A DNA stretch of 55,313 nucleotides from the IMG/VR virus record IMGVR_UViG_3300044676_002656, positions 1-55,313 of that record; one strand, written 5' to 3'. Positions 9,283-19,483 of this stretch are shown here, in pieces. This DNA is from a virus (lineage: Duplodnaviria > Caudoviricetes). Made by a program: the position numbers and the translations under genes. Under the pieces are notes generated by a model. It did no database searches. It saw only the letters and a program-made list of their open reading frames with translations, and had not been told where the DNA came from. How positions within the stretch are numbered: the first letter of the stretch is position 1; every line of letters begins with the position of its first letter.

Positions 9283-11471
9283 TAAAATACACCGCCCCCA
9301 TCACGCGGACCCGATGGACCGCCTGGAAGCGCGTCTTCATCGTAAGGTTTAGGTGGTTTTGGAGCACCAAGTCCTGCATAAGGTGCCAGCGGAGACATCG
9401 GCATTGGTTGTCCATACCCACCAAACTGAGTTTGCGGTATTGGGGATGTCGGCATTTGATAGCTTGGCGTGCTTGTTATGTTTGCGCCAGACTGCATTTG
9501 TCTAACAAAGTCTTCTCGCACCTTAGGATCATAAGATTGGCCAAGAATGTTTCTTGGAACAAACTGATCTCGCATACCCTTAAGCGGATCCATGTCAATA
9601 AAGGTAGGAGGCTTAGGAGCCGGTGATTCGGGTAATGGATCTGGCGCAGGCTGCACTGGCATATCTGGCAGTGTAGGCGCGGGGTCTGCACTTGTTGGCG
9701 GTTTCCAATCTGCGGGTTTGCTTCCTTGAACCCAACCCGGTGCAGGACTCCATCCTCCGCTTGACGCCATCCATTCTTCACCCGTTGTAGGGTTGTAGAA
9801 AGGAACCATAACCATCGTTGACGGTCCTCCAGAATGCGTAAAGCCTGGAGGTGCAGGTCCCGTTTTAGGTCCATCTCTTGGACCTTCTCCATATGGATAT
9901 CCTGGCGGCATATCGGGAGGCGTGGGCTCTTCAGTTCCAGATGTAAGCCACGAACTTTCAAAACTAGGATCTAATGCTTTGATTTGATTAGCCAGTGCTT
10001 GAAGTCCTTTCCAATGCTCTGGGCCAGGATCAACAATAAATCGCATTCCATCCATCGTTTCATATTGTTTTTTTAACCGATCAAGCTCGCTCATGTTTGG
10101 ATCAACATCAAATATAGGTGGGATCGTTGGAGCAGGTCCTTCACCCTCTTTTATTATGTCCGTTAATCCGCGCCCGTCTAAAATATCAGGAGGCGTGGGA
10201 GGTGTGGGCTCTGGGTCTTGTTGTTGTGGTTGAGAAAAATTAAATTGATTGTAATCATCCCCTTTGTACCCAAGCTTTGCTATAAATTCTTCAGGAGTAT
10301 AGGTGTTAGTAGCCGCATCTCCTTCAAAACCAAAAGCACTTACATCTTCAATAAAGGTGTTAGTCTTAGGATCGTAGCTTGAGGTTAGTTTAAAGTCTTG
10401 AGCACCTGGAGAATTGTTGTACTTGTCAACCAGTTGGTCAGCAGTAAAGTTTACTGTTTTAACTTCAGGCGAATAATCTTGGAATTTACCAACTTCTCCA
10501 ATTGCACTTAATAAACTTCTACCGTCCTTTCTAGCAAAGGTTTGATTCATAGCGTTAGAATCTAATTGTTCGCCAGTTCCAAATTGATTTCTTGCAACTT
10601 GATACAGGACGCTTTCATCTGTAATGCCGAGATTGCTCATCAATGCTTTAGTGTAATTAAGTTGTTTAGGCGTTAAGTCATTAAGGCTAAATGGTTTTTC
10701 TGCTGCTTTAGCATCGGCTGCTGCTTTAGCATCTGCCGCTTTCTTTGCATCGGCTGCTTTCTTTGCATCGGCTGCTTTCTTTGCATCTGCGGCTGCTTTT
10801 GCTTCTCTTATTCTTTTCGCTTCTTGTTGCCTTATTTGTAGCTGCTCGCCACGACGAAACAGCTCTCGTTCCTCAAGAATTCGTATTTGCTCTAATCTTG
10901 CAGCTTTCTTGATACCAGCTTGTTCAGCAGCTTTATTAGCCGCTGCTAATTCAGCTTTATCTGCAGCCGCTTTAGCTTCTCTTTCTTTTAAGGCTTTCGC
11001 AGCGGCAGCTTCTTTATCTGCACGCCTCTTCTCTGCTTCAGCTCTTTTTGCGGCAAGTTCTTCTGCTTTCGCCTTTGCTTCCGCAATCCTTTTGTCAGCA
11101 GCTTCTTTAGCCTTTTTATCCCTTGCTTTTTTGGCAGAAGCTTCTGCCATTTGTATCATTCTTCTTGAAGCATCTTCTCTTTGCTTTCTTGAATTAACTT
11201 CGGCCTCTGCCCTAGCTAACTCATTCGCTTCTTTTTGAGCGGCAAGCTTTAATCTTTTATCCTCAGCAGCCTGAGCGTTTTTTTGCTTTAGCTCTTTTGC
11301 AGCTTTATCTTTTGCAGCTTTGGCCTTAGCTTCTTTTTCTTTTTTCTCTCGAGCCTTTTTTGCTATTGCAGCATAGATAGCAGATGTTCCAGATCGAGAT
11401 GCCGGATTCCCAGTTTCTCTTTCTATGGACGATGGCTTACTTCTGCCTACTTGTTTTCTTCTTCCCGCCAT
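9282..11471 (-). CDS. Low-complexity protein with a Lys/Ala/Glu coiled coil and a Pro-rich C-terminus
   Basis: 729-aa ORF with TAATG coupling at both ends; AADAKK repeats. Confidence 0.7.
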   Translation of the reverse strand: MAGRRKQVGRSKPSSIERETGNPASRSGTSAIYAAIAKKAREKKEKEAKAKAAKDKAAKELKQKNAQAAEDKRLKLAAQKEANELARAEAEVNSRKQREDASRRMIQMAEASAKKARDKKAKEAADKRIAEAKAKAEELAAKRAEAEKRRADKEAAAAKALKEREAKAAADKAELAAANKAAEQAGIKKAARLEQIRILEERELFRRGEQLQIRQQEAKRIREAKAAADAKKAADAKKAADAKKAADAKAAADAKAAEKPFSLNDLTPKQLNYTKALMSNLGITDESVLYQVARNQFGTGEQLDSNAMNQTFARKDGRSLLSAIGEVGKFQDYSPEVKTVNFTADQLVDKYNNSPGAQDFKLTSSYDPKTNTFIEDVSAFGFEGDAATNTYTPEEFIAKLGYKGDDYNQFNFSQPQQQDPEPTPPTPPDILDGRGLTDIIKEGEGPAPTIPPIFDVDPNMSELDRLKKQYETMDGMRFIVDPGPEHWKGLQALANQIKALDPSFESSWLTSGTEEPTPPDMPPGYPYGEGPRDGPKTGPAPPGFTHSGGPSTMVMVPFYNPTTGEEWMASSGGWSPAPGWVQGSKPADWKPPTSADPAPTLPDMPVQPAPDPLPESPAPKPPTFIDMDPLKGMRDQFVPRNILGQSYDPKVREDFVRQMQSGANITSTPSYQMPTSPIPQTQFGGYGQPMPMSPLAPYAGLGAPKPPKPYDEDALPGGPSGPRDGGGVF
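10701..10800 (-). repeat. 18-bp coding tandem repeats (AADAKK)
   Basis: TGCATCGGCTGCTTTCTT units and variants. Confidence 0.8.
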
Positions 11472-12778
11472 TAGTACATCGCCTGCATATTAAATTTTGG
11501 CATTCCACCCATTATTGGTTGAGCGTAAGGATTGTAAGATTGCTGCTGTTGCGGCTGTTGTTGATTAAAACCGCCACCGTACATCCCGCCGCCATACTGC
11601 GGTTGTTGCATTTGTGGCTGACCGTACATACCACCGCCCATACCACCGCCGTACATACCACCGCCCATACCACCGCCGCCGTACTGTTGTTGTGGTGGTT
11701 GACCGTACATACCACCACCGTACATTCCGCCGCCCATCCCACCACCGAATCCACCACCGTACATTGGAGGTCTTTGGGGCTGGCCATACATGCCACCACC
11801 GCCGTACATGCCACCACCATATTGCGGTTGTGGTCTTGGGTACATCGGCGGTTGTGGATACATGGGTGGTCGTTGCGGTTGCTGACCGTACATGCCGCCG
11901 TTATATTGCTGTCCGTACAAAGGACCTCGAGGCTGTTGAGGCTGTGGGAATCTTTGTCGCCCACCGCCGCCAAATGGCCCTTGAGGTTGCGGCCTTTGTT
12001 GAGGCATTCTAGCTCTCGTATCTTGATATGGCATTTGACTTGGCATCGGACGTTGGGCGCCAAATATACCGCTTAAGAACTCTTTGCTTAGTCCGGACTG
12101 CGTTGCCTTCCGTTCATTCAGGTTCTCTTGCGAGGCTCCAGGAGGTTGGTAAAATTCTCCTCGCCCTTGAGGCGGATTATTCCCGCGCATTTGGTTTTGC
12201 CGGAAGGACTGGGAGTCAGCAACGCCTTGAGGGCGAATGGGAGATTGAGCCAATCCTGGAGGAGGCCCCATCATCGCTGGCTGAGCTCTTAGTACGGGTT
12301 CGTTATTCCCCATAGGAAACTGCGATCTAAATGAAGAACCATCGGAATTACGACCCTCGTACTGAGGGTTTGGAGAACCTCGCATTTGCCCAGTTTGTTG
12401 ACCTATGCGACCAAAAAGATCTTGAAGACCGCCGCCAAATCCACCGCCATTTCTTTGAAGGTTTCCGCCAAAAAGTTTTTTTAACGAATTGTATGGATTT
12501 TGCTGTTGAGGGCCTCTCGGAAACCCTTCAAGAGCTCCGCCCGTACCGCGTGGATTGAACACTTTAAATTCTGGATTATATCCAGGATTTTTATCGTAAA
12601 AACTATTTCTGTCGCTTTCGCTTAATCCGCTAATTTGTTCTTTAATTTTTTTATTAAAATCTATTCCTTCTTGTTCTGTAGGCATCCTAATGCCCCTACC
12701 GAACATATCGATACTTTCTTGGATACGTTCTAAAGGACTTAGATTTTGTTGAACAACAAAAGGACTAAACTGGCTCAT
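11471..12778 (-). CDS. Gly/Gln/Pro/Met/Tyr-rich, prion-like disordered protein
   Basis: 435-aa ORF with repeated GGMYGG and MYGQP; TAATG coupling. Confidence 0.7.
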   Translation of the reverse strand: MSQFSPFVVQQNLSPLERIQESIDMFGRGIRMPTEQEGIDFNKKIKEQISGLSESDRNSFYDKNPGYNPEFKVFNPRGTGGALEGFPRGPQQQNPYNSLKKLFGGNLQRNGGGFGGGLQDLFGRIGQQTGQMRGSPNPQYEGRNSDGSSFRSQFPMGNNEPVLRAQPAMMGPPPGLAQSPIRPQGVADSQSFRQNQMRGNNPPQGRGEFYQPPGASQENLNERKATQSGLSKEFLSGIFGAQRPMPSQMPYQDTRARMPQQRPQPQGPFGGGGRQRFPQPQQPRGPLYGQQYNGGMYGQQPQRPPMYPQPPMYPRPQPQYGGGMYGGGGMYGQPQRPPMYGGGFGGGMGGGMYGGGMYGQPPQQQYGGGGMGGGMYGGGMGGGMYGQPQMQQPQYGGGMYGGGFNQQQPQQQQSYNPYAQPIMGGMPKFNMQAMY

Positions 12779-12975
12779 TAGAATACGCCTTCGAAGTTCG
12801 TACCTCGTTGTGCCGCACCACCGCCTCGAGACTTACCTTTGCCCATACCAGGCTTAGGCGAAGCAGATGCCTCAACAGATTCAATAGACGCGTACTTAAC
12901 GCGGCCTTGATCCTTAACAGTGAATCCGCCTTTGTCTACTTTAGGCTCTTTAAAGCTTGTTGTTCTCTTAATCAT
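12778..12975 (-). CDS. Small basic protein with C-terminal RGGGAAQRG motif
   Basis: 65 aa, directly after the portal gene. Confidence 0.7.
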   Translation of the reverse strand: MIKRTTSFKEPKVDKGGFTVKDQGRVKYASIESVEASASPKPGMGKGKSRGGGAAQRGTNFEGVF

Positions 12976-12977
12976 GA

Positions 12978-15644
12978 TTAGTTCCCAAATATGTTTTTGG
13001 TCATTTTCTCAGCTACGTTAGCCATTTGTATAGACTCTTGAAGCTTTAGCCTATCTTGAGCAGTCTTATTCTTCATGTCAGCAATATCAGCCTGTAGATC
13101 CATACGCTCTTGATCCATTGAATAATCCTTCTCAATGCGTTCCTCGTCAAGTCCAAATCGCTGTTGAGCCTCCTTGGCCTTACGCTCTAAGTCCATAGAC
13201 TTAATGTTAAGTTCCTCTCGACGTAACTCAACAAGCGGGTCGTCGGAATCTTCTGCTTCAAAGATCGGAGCAACTTTCTCCATCAACTGTACGGTAATCT
13301 GTGCAACTTTAGCCTCAATCATGGCCTGCATAGGGTTAGGCGGCGGAGGTCCAGGTGGTTGCATTCCTCCCATCGGAGGTGGTCCCATCGGTGGTGGGGG
13401 TCCCATGGGAGCCCCTCCTTGTGGAGGCATCGCTGAAGGGTTGACGCCTGGAGGACCACTTGGAGGAGCACCCATGGGTCCGCCCGAAGGTGGAGGCCCC
13501 ATACCCGGAGGAGGCCCCATCATCTGCATTTGTTGTTGCATCTGCTGTACTTCTGGATCTTGCATCGCTTGCTGTCTGGCCATGAGATCAATGTGCTGGT
13601 AAACATGCGCTTGAATCATAGCGCGAAGCTGCGGGTTTGTCTTAACAACCGCAGAGTTATAAACCGTAATGTGCGACTCAATATGCGCTTCATGGTCCTG
13701 ATCTGGGAACGGTGTCGCAGGCTGCATCATCATGAAGTTTGCATTCTCCATAGCAGGTGCCATCGGCATAGGCTGTGGTGGAGGCGGAGGTGGTGGCAGT
13801 ATCTGCTCTACCTGCTGAACACCCATCGCTTCGTACATGCGCTTATAAGCATTGTACATTCCCATCGGACCATGGATCTCAGGATTAGACTGGACCATCT
13901 GCATCATTTCTTGAGCAAGCATAACGCGCTGACTCATAGAGAAAATGTTGGGATCACTGACCGGAATGATATCTATTCGGTCATCAAAGTCCTGCTGCTT
14001 AATCCCAGGATTACCATTAGCAATCATGTATGGATAGGCAGGCGGCAAGTAATCCTTAAAGAGCTTCGCAAGGAGGTTAAACTCAATACGCTGCGAATAA
14101 TGCAATCGCTTATGAATCGCGCTCATAACGCGGCTACCGCGCTCAAGCAACGCAATCGTTGTCCCGACCGGCGCTTCCTGATTACCATCACCTACCTGCA
14201 TATCACCAATTGAGGCGAACCGCTTACCGGCATCAACCAACATGCCAAGCAGGTTCAGGAGGGTGGCGCTTGGCTCTTTAAACGGCAGAGGCATTAGCGC
14301 ATCACGCAATGAGCCTCCCGGTGCATCCATATCTCGGAACTCGCCTGGCTGTAAAGGCGTATCCGCATCTCGAATACGAATGCCACGCGCTTTAAAACCA
14401 GCAGGAAGATTCGCTAAAGTTCCCGCATCAATCAACTGCCGGAGAATAGAGGTTGCCCCACGGGACAAACCACCGATCATATGCGTTAGACCGAAGCCGT
14501 AAAAACCCACACCAGGTAGAAACTTATACTGAACAAAATAATCAATGCGCTTACGCATAGGATCTTCTTGATTGTAGTTTCTGCGAATGGATAGAACTTG
14601 AGACTGAGACCGCGAAATGGTGACAATATACGGGAGCTTAATGCCCGTTTCTTCGCCCTCTGCATCAAGGTCTTCATACCCTGGGATCTCAAGATCAACG
14701 TGCATCTCAAGAATCTCACACTGGTCAGAATTGGAATTGCCAGATGGCTTAACGCCTTGGAGTTCATCAAGCTCCTCCTCAATCTCACTATCATTCAAAA
14801 AGCTAGATGAGCGTTCAGCAGCCTTTGACTTCTTGTAAAAACCAGCAGCTTGAAGCTTCTTAACGTCATTGATAGGCATATCAACAACGTGCGTAATCCG
14901 AACAGCATTGTCCAAGCTCGTTGCGCCATAAGGTACAACCAAGTCTTCAGATGGAATAAAACGCGATACAGGTCGATCAAGCGTCTGATCAAAGTGAACC
15001 TTGCGGAATGCACTACCCGACAGCGGGAGATAAAATAACATCTGATCAGTCTCAGGGTCATACTCGCGCATAACCTGAGTGATCTGGTAATTCATGTATT
15101 CCTGTACCCGCGCTGCCTGGAGGTCAGTCTGTGGCGTACCCATTCCTACGACTTGAGTCTTTACAGGACCCCCAGGCGGCAGCATTTCCTTATAAGCTTG
15201 CGCTTGGAACTGCGTGACGGATTCAGCAAGCAAAGGATGAACAATCCCAGAAGCACCCTCAAAAGGCTCGCTCCTGTCCTCAAACTTCATACCAAGGAAC
15301 TCTAAACCTTCCTTGTAAGTCTTCTCCCACTCTTGGCGAGAAGCCAAGTCAGACTTATAATCAGCAACACAATCATTGTAGATTCGGCCTAAATCAGCAC
15401 GATCAAGAACTTCAGCAAGGTTTTCATAAAAGTCTTCAACGTCCGTTCCCATCTGCACAGGAGGCGGCATGCCAATCAGCATGGTGCCGTCTTCAAGAGT
15501 CTCTATACCTTCTTCGTCATCAAAACCAGGGCCAAGGATCTCGTCAAAAGACTCATCCTCTACATCAATCTGGACCTCTTTCGAATTGTCTTCGATATCT
15601 AGCTCACTGATATCAACGTCATCGACACCGCGTTCAATAGCCAT
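12978..15644 (-). CDS. Portal protein (P22-like)
   Basis: HPLLAESVTQFQAQAYKE, LPLSGSAFRKV, FLPGVGFYGFGL, LRQLIDAGTLANLP; Pro-rich insert and coiled-coil tail; downstream of TerL. Confidence 0.88.
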   Translation of the reverse strand: MAIERGVDDVDISELDIEDNSKEVQIDVEDESFDEILGPGFDDEEGIETLEDGTMLIGMPPPVQMGTDVEDFYENLAEVLDRADLGRIYNDCVADYKSDLASRQEWEKTYKEGLEFLGMKFEDRSEPFEGASGIVHPLLAESVTQFQAQAYKEMLPPGGPVKTQVVGMGTPQTDLQAARVQEYMNYQITQVMREYDPETDQMLFYLPLSGSAFRKVHFDQTLDRPVSRFIPSEDLVVPYGATSLDNAVRITHVVDMPINDVKKLQAAGFYKKSKAAERSSSFLNDSEIEEELDELQGVKPSGNSNSDQCEILEMHVDLEIPGYEDLDAEGEETGIKLPYIVTISRSQSQVLSIRRNYNQEDPMRKRIDYFVQYKFLPGVGFYGFGLTHMIGGLSRGATSILRQLIDAGTLANLPAGFKARGIRIRDADTPLQPGEFRDMDAPGGSLRDALMPLPFKEPSATLLNLLGMLVDAGKRFASIGDMQVGDGNQEAPVGTTIALLERGSRVMSAIHKRLHYSQRIEFNLLAKLFKDYLPPAYPYMIANGNPGIKQQDFDDRIDIIPVSDPNIFSMSQRVMLAQEMMQMVQSNPEIHGPMGMYNAYKRMYEAMGVQQVEQILPPPPPPPQPMPMAPAMENANFMMMQPATPFPDQDHEAHIESHITVYNSAVVKTNPQLRAMIQAHVYQHIDLMARQQAMQDPEVQQMQQQMQMMGPPPGMGPPPSGGPMGAPPSGPPGVNPSAMPPQGGAPMGPPPPMGPPPMGGMQPPGPPPPNPMQAMIEAKVAQITVQLMEKVAPIFEAEDSDDPLVELRREELNIKSMDLERKAKEAQQRFGLDEERIEKDYSMDQERMDLQADIADMKNKTAQDRLKLQESIQMANVAEKMTKNIFGN

Positions 15645-15647
15645 TCA

Positions 15648-15977
15648 TTAGCCCCACTTGTTTTCCCACTTGGTTCCAAAACCCTTCTTCTTCTTGAACG
15701 TAATCTTGGGCTTTTTCTTTTTGACTTCGCCGCCGCGTTTGAATTCCGGAAACTTCATACGGGGATTGTCTTTCTCTGGGAACATTTCCTCAAGATCATC
15801 GTCTTTCTTGCCCTTCTTGATCATGATCATAACGGAACTTTTTCTCTCAGGCATCTCTTCCGTTAGGTAATCCATAAGATCACCCTCATTCTCTCGAAGC
15901 TCTTCAAGCAAAGACTCATCTTCAGAGCCCTCAAGCAGGCGCATGACCTTCTTGTACATATCAGAGTTAGACTTCAT
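15648..15977 (-). CDS. Small protein with acidic N-half, FKRGG motif and basic C-half
   Basis: 109-aa ORF between the conserved hypothetical gene and the portal. Confidence 0.65.
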   Translation of the reverse strand: MKSNSDMYKKVMRLLEGSEDESLLEELRENEGDLMDYLTEEMPERKSSVMIMIKKGKKDDDLEEMFPEKDNPRMKFPEFKRGGEVKKKKPKITFKKKKGFGTKWENKWG

Positions 15978-15980
15978 AAA

Positions 15981-16655
15981 TTATTCCTTGTCCGCATACA
16001 AGTTATCAAACACCTGATTTACATCTAACGTGTAATCTAGGTCAGACTTGCTGTAATGAATATGCTGTGAAGGCTTAAAGTCCGGAGCACCTTCACCCGT
16101 CTGAAACCAAGCAGGGTGCGTCACCCTAACTCTGTTGTTTGGTAACGCTACAATATTTCCAGTCCATTCGCCAGCATCAAGCAACTCAAGTACATGCGAC
16201 TGCTTATGCTGTGCCGGATCATCAGCGATCTCATTCTCCGCGTAGTCTACCGTAAAAAGATATTTCGCAGGATAAAATTCACCATCAATCTTAGCGAGCC
16301 AAGGACAAGGTGTACAACGGTCAAGGACGTAAACAGCATGAGTATGAGAACTGCAATCCCAAGGTTGAGCAGCCCAGACAGGCATTGGCTCAGGCCATTC
16401 CTCAAAAGGCGTATCAGCGACCAGCGCGGTAATGGGCATTCTTGCCCACATGGCGCCTCCATGTACGTTGGGTTCATCTTCATTAGCTTCGCATCCAGTA
16501 AAGATAACTTGAAACGAAAGACAGCGAGTAGGCATGGTAGTCACGGCGACAACCATAGCGTGTAAAAACTCGCCATGGTATCGCTCATGATTAACCGTGT
16601 ATTCCCTTCTTACCCACGCCTTAAAGTGTGGAATGTTGCTTTGGAGGTAGGCCAT
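15981..16655 (-). CDS. Conserved phage hypothetical protein
   Basis: Globular 224 aa (MAYLQSNIPHF...GGAMWARMPI...QPWDC...QHKQSH...ALPNNR). Confidence 0.7.
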   Translation of the reverse strand: MAYLQSNIPHFKAWVRREYTVNHERYHGEFLHAMVVAVTTMPTRCLSFQVIFTGCEANEDEPNVHGGAMWARMPITALVADTPFEEWPEPMPVWAAQPWDCSSHTHAVYVLDRCTPCPWLAKIDGEFYPAKYLFTVDYAENEIADDPAQHKQSHVLELLDAGEWTGNIVALPNNRVRVTHPAWFQTGEGAPDFKPSQHIHYSKSDLDYTLDVNQVFDNLYADKE

Positions 16656-16657
16656 GC

Positions 16658-17983
16658 TTAACGCATAGCCCTGCCAAACCCTCGTTTAGCGGCACCGACC
16701 CCGCGAGCACTCTTCTTCTTTACAGTGCCGCCGTTCTTGTAACCAGGCGCCATCTTGCCGCCCATCTTGCCACCTTTCGAAGCCATCTTGCTCTTCATGG
16801 CCGCACCGCCCATGTTCATGCCGCGTGGCGTACTACCACCTGACCGGCGTCCTGCGGCACCGCGCATGGCCATTGCCTTCTTAGCAGCAGCAAGTTTTTC
16901 TTCTCGAGGTCCGGATCGTCCTACAGGTGCTCTTTTTCCTGCCGAAGCATTTAGCAAAGCCATGCGTTGAGCAGCACTTAGACCAGAAGCAGTGCCGCGT
17001 TGTTGTGTCGCAGCAGAAGGAAGAGCGCCAAGCTTTGTTGTGTCAATCGGCTTCATACCAACTGCACCACCCATGTTCATGCCGCGTGGCTTTGCTCTTT
17101 TACCTTTACCCATGCCGCCTTTTGCGCCAGCTCGCTTGCCAGGCGCATAACCGTACTTATCAGAAAGATCCTGGATAACACTCGTAGACTGCTTACTGCC
17201 CTCCCGTCCTTGAACAGAATCAAGAAGCCGTCTTTGGGCCGGACTTAAAGTAGCTCGGCTTTGAGCGCGTGTCTTTGGTGGAACCGTCTTCGTTCCGCCG
17301 CGAATAGGTGAGCCACCACCTGTAACGCCTGGAGCTGTTCGCTTAGACATACCTACCGCACCTTTATTTTTCATCATTCCGCCTGCTTGTTTTTTTACGG
17401 GAGCTTTCTTCTTGTTTCGGAGAAAGTCAATCATTCCGCGCTCACCACCAAATTTTTCATCATCACCCAACAACGCTCGGGCAATAACACCACCGAAAGG
17501 ACGGAACTTTGCATCCTTTCCAAATATCAATCCGCGCTTCTTACCCTTAGTATCAACCTTGGGAACAACACCTTTACCAGTTGCCTTCTTGGCAATATCC
17601 TCGATCTCCTTATCGGTGATCTCAACCTTAGGATCCGTCTTCTTCCGAGCCTTAATTACTGCCGCAATTCGACGATCAATATCAGCCATTTCTTCATCAG
17701 TAATGCTTTTTGCGGAAGACTTGGGTTTTTTTAGAGCAGCATCAAGCGCAGCAGTCCTAGAATTATTAGAAGTGTTGTCGAAACTATCATCACTCTTGTA
17801 AGTCGGCTTCTTAGGATTGTCTTTCTTAGGCTTAAAAAGAGAAGAATCAGCCATAGCGGCAGCTCTTGAGGAGCTAGAAGTGTTGTCAAAATTATCACCC
17901 ATCTTGTACTTGGGTTTGTTCAGAGAAAGCTTTTCTTCTTTTCGTTTTTTAACTCTTGCTGTCGCCCTTGGATCTGCTGCCAT
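16658..17983 (-). CDS. Highly basic Lys/Arg/Gly-rich protein; putative internal DNA-binding core protein
   Basis: 441 aa with several xxxGG motifs and C-terminal RGVGAAKRG. Confidence 0.65.
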   Translation of the reverse strand: MAADPRATARVKKRKEEKLSLNKPKYKMGDNFDNTSSSSRAAAMADSSLFKPKKDNPKKPTYKSDDSFDNTSNNSRTAALDAALKKPKSSAKSITDEEMADIDRRIAAVIKARKKTDPKVEITDKEIEDIAKKATGKGVVPKVDTKGKKRGLIFGKDAKFRPFGGVIARALLGDDEKFGGERGMIDFLRNKKKAPVKKQAGGMMKNKGAVGMSKRTAPGVTGGGSPIRGGTKTVPPKTRAQSRATLSPAQRRLLDSVQGREGSKQSTSVIQDLSDKYGYAPGKRAGAKGGMGKGKRAKPRGMNMGGAVGMKPIDTTKLGALPSAATQQRGTASGLSAAQRMALLNASAGKRAPVGRSGPREEKLAAAKKAMAMRGAAGRRSGGSTPRGMNMGGAAMKSKMASKGGKMGGKMAPGYKNGGTVKKKSARGVGAAKRGFGRAMR

Positions 17984-18004
17984 GATCGTGTCCTTATCTC
18001 GAGA

Positions 18005-19483
18005 TTAATAATATGCGCGTTTGTCTCGGTATACTTCTTCTTCAGCCTCGTCAGAATGAAGGTTGATAAAGTTACCTTGTCTGAATCTTAGTATAGCTTG
18101 GGTCGTTGAGTCTACATAATCATCGTTCTCGCCAAACGGGAAAGCAGCACACTCCTCAATCACCTCTTCCGCAAAAACAAAGTCAGGCGCCCATACCATT
18201 CCAGACTCAAATACAGGGCTAACAGCATGAACCCGTGTCATCTTGTCATTACCACGGCTAGGCCGGTAGTTCACAACAGGTATGCCCATCGCCCTCAACT
18301 CATGCGTCAACGGCGTACCACTCGCCTGCGCCTCAACAAGCACCATATCCGGCTCATATTCCTTATACCGCTCCAAAGCAACCTGCTTTAACTCGGGGAA
18401 ATCCCAACGGCCACGGTCAGCATCCAACAGAATCAACGCATCACTACCACCCTCACTCGGCGTGAAAACACCCCAAGTCGTAATCGCACTGTAATCCGCA
18501 GTCTGACTCTTACTAAACGCCGTATCGTAACTCTGAATAATATAATGACAGTTAGGCGGCTGATCCTTCTCCCAGATATTCCACCACTCCCGCTTAATAA
18601 TCGCACCTTCCTCAGATGTCGGGTTCTGCTGGTACTGAGCATTCCACTTCGAAATCGGAATAGACGCCTTAACAGATTCCAATTCCTCACGCTTCCAAAA
18701 CTCCGGCCACAAAACATTACCAGAATCCTCAAAGATCGCAGGCAACTCGATAATATCCCACTGGTCAGAATGCGTTTCCGTCTGCCGCTTCAATAACCGA
18801 CCCGTCAAATCCAATGTGGACCATCGGGTCATCACAATAACAATGGTCCCACCTGGCTGAAGACGCTGACGGGGACCCGAGGTATACCACTCATAACATG
18901 CATCCAACAGGTTCACGCTCATCGCGTCCTGCTCAGAATGCGGATCATCAATAATTAATAAATCTGCACCCCGCCCCGCGATGGCACCACCGACTCCCGC
19001 TGCAAAATATTCACCCCCCGCACTCGTCTGCCACTTACCCGCACTTTTTGAGTCCGAGGCCAAAGAAACTTCTGAAAAAAGATTACTATATTCTGGGGTG
19101 TCCATAAGGTTCCGGACCTTTCGGCCAAAATTTATGGACAGATCAGCAGTGTGAGTCGTCTGCATAATCTTCATTTCTGGCTTGAGTCCCATGATCCAAG
19201 ACGGAAAGTAAACAGATGCAAACTCAGATTTGGTATGACGGGGGGGCATGTTTACGATCAATCGCTTACATTTTCCCTGGGCCACTTCCGTTAATTTTTC
19301 CGCAATAATTCGATGGTGGTCCCCCTCAATGAATCCCGGCCATATGTACCGGATGTACTCCATGAAAGAGCTTTTGCATTTTTCTTGAGAGTCCATCAGC
19401 TTGAGCCGTTCCTGAAGCATCAGGATCTCTTTCATCTCAGATTCAGCAATATGACCTAGTTGCGGCATTTCATAAAATTTCAT
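18005..19483 (-). CDS. terL: Terminase large subunit
   Basis: IVNMPPRHTKSEF (Walker A), LLIIDDPH (Walker B), VMTRW, nuclease motifs QSYDTAFS/DYSA and DDYVDS. Confidence 0.92.
   Translation of the reverse strand: MKFYEMPQLGHIAESEMKEILMLQERLKLMDSQEKCKSSFMEYIRYIWPGFIEGDHHRIIAEKLTEVAQGKCKRLIVNMPPRHTKSEFASVYFPSWIMGLKPEMKIMQTTHTADLSINFGRKVRNLMDTPEYSNLFSEVSLASDSKSAGKWQTSAGGEYFAAGVGGAIAGRGADLLIIDDPHSEQDAMSVNLLDACYEWYTSGPRQRLQPGGTIVIVMTRWSTLDLTGRLLKRQTETHSDQWDIIELPAIFEDSGNVLWPEFWKREELESVKASIPISKWNAQYQQNPTSEEGAIIKREWWNIWEKDQPPNCHYIIQSYDTAFSKSQTADYSAITTWGVFTPSEGGSDALILLDADRGRWDFPELKQVALERYKEYEPDMVLVEAQASGTPLTHELRAMGIPVVNYRPSRGNDKMTRVHAVSPVFESGMVWAPDFVFAEEVIEECAAFPFGENDDYVDSTTQAILRFRQGNFINLHSDEAEEEVYRDKRAYY

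Noticed and set aside
11384-14213. Long antisense and alternative-frame ORFs (11384-12076, 11512-12063, 13174-13602, 13530-14213)
   Set aside because: Shadows of low-complexity coding sequence; no RBS or recognisable domains.
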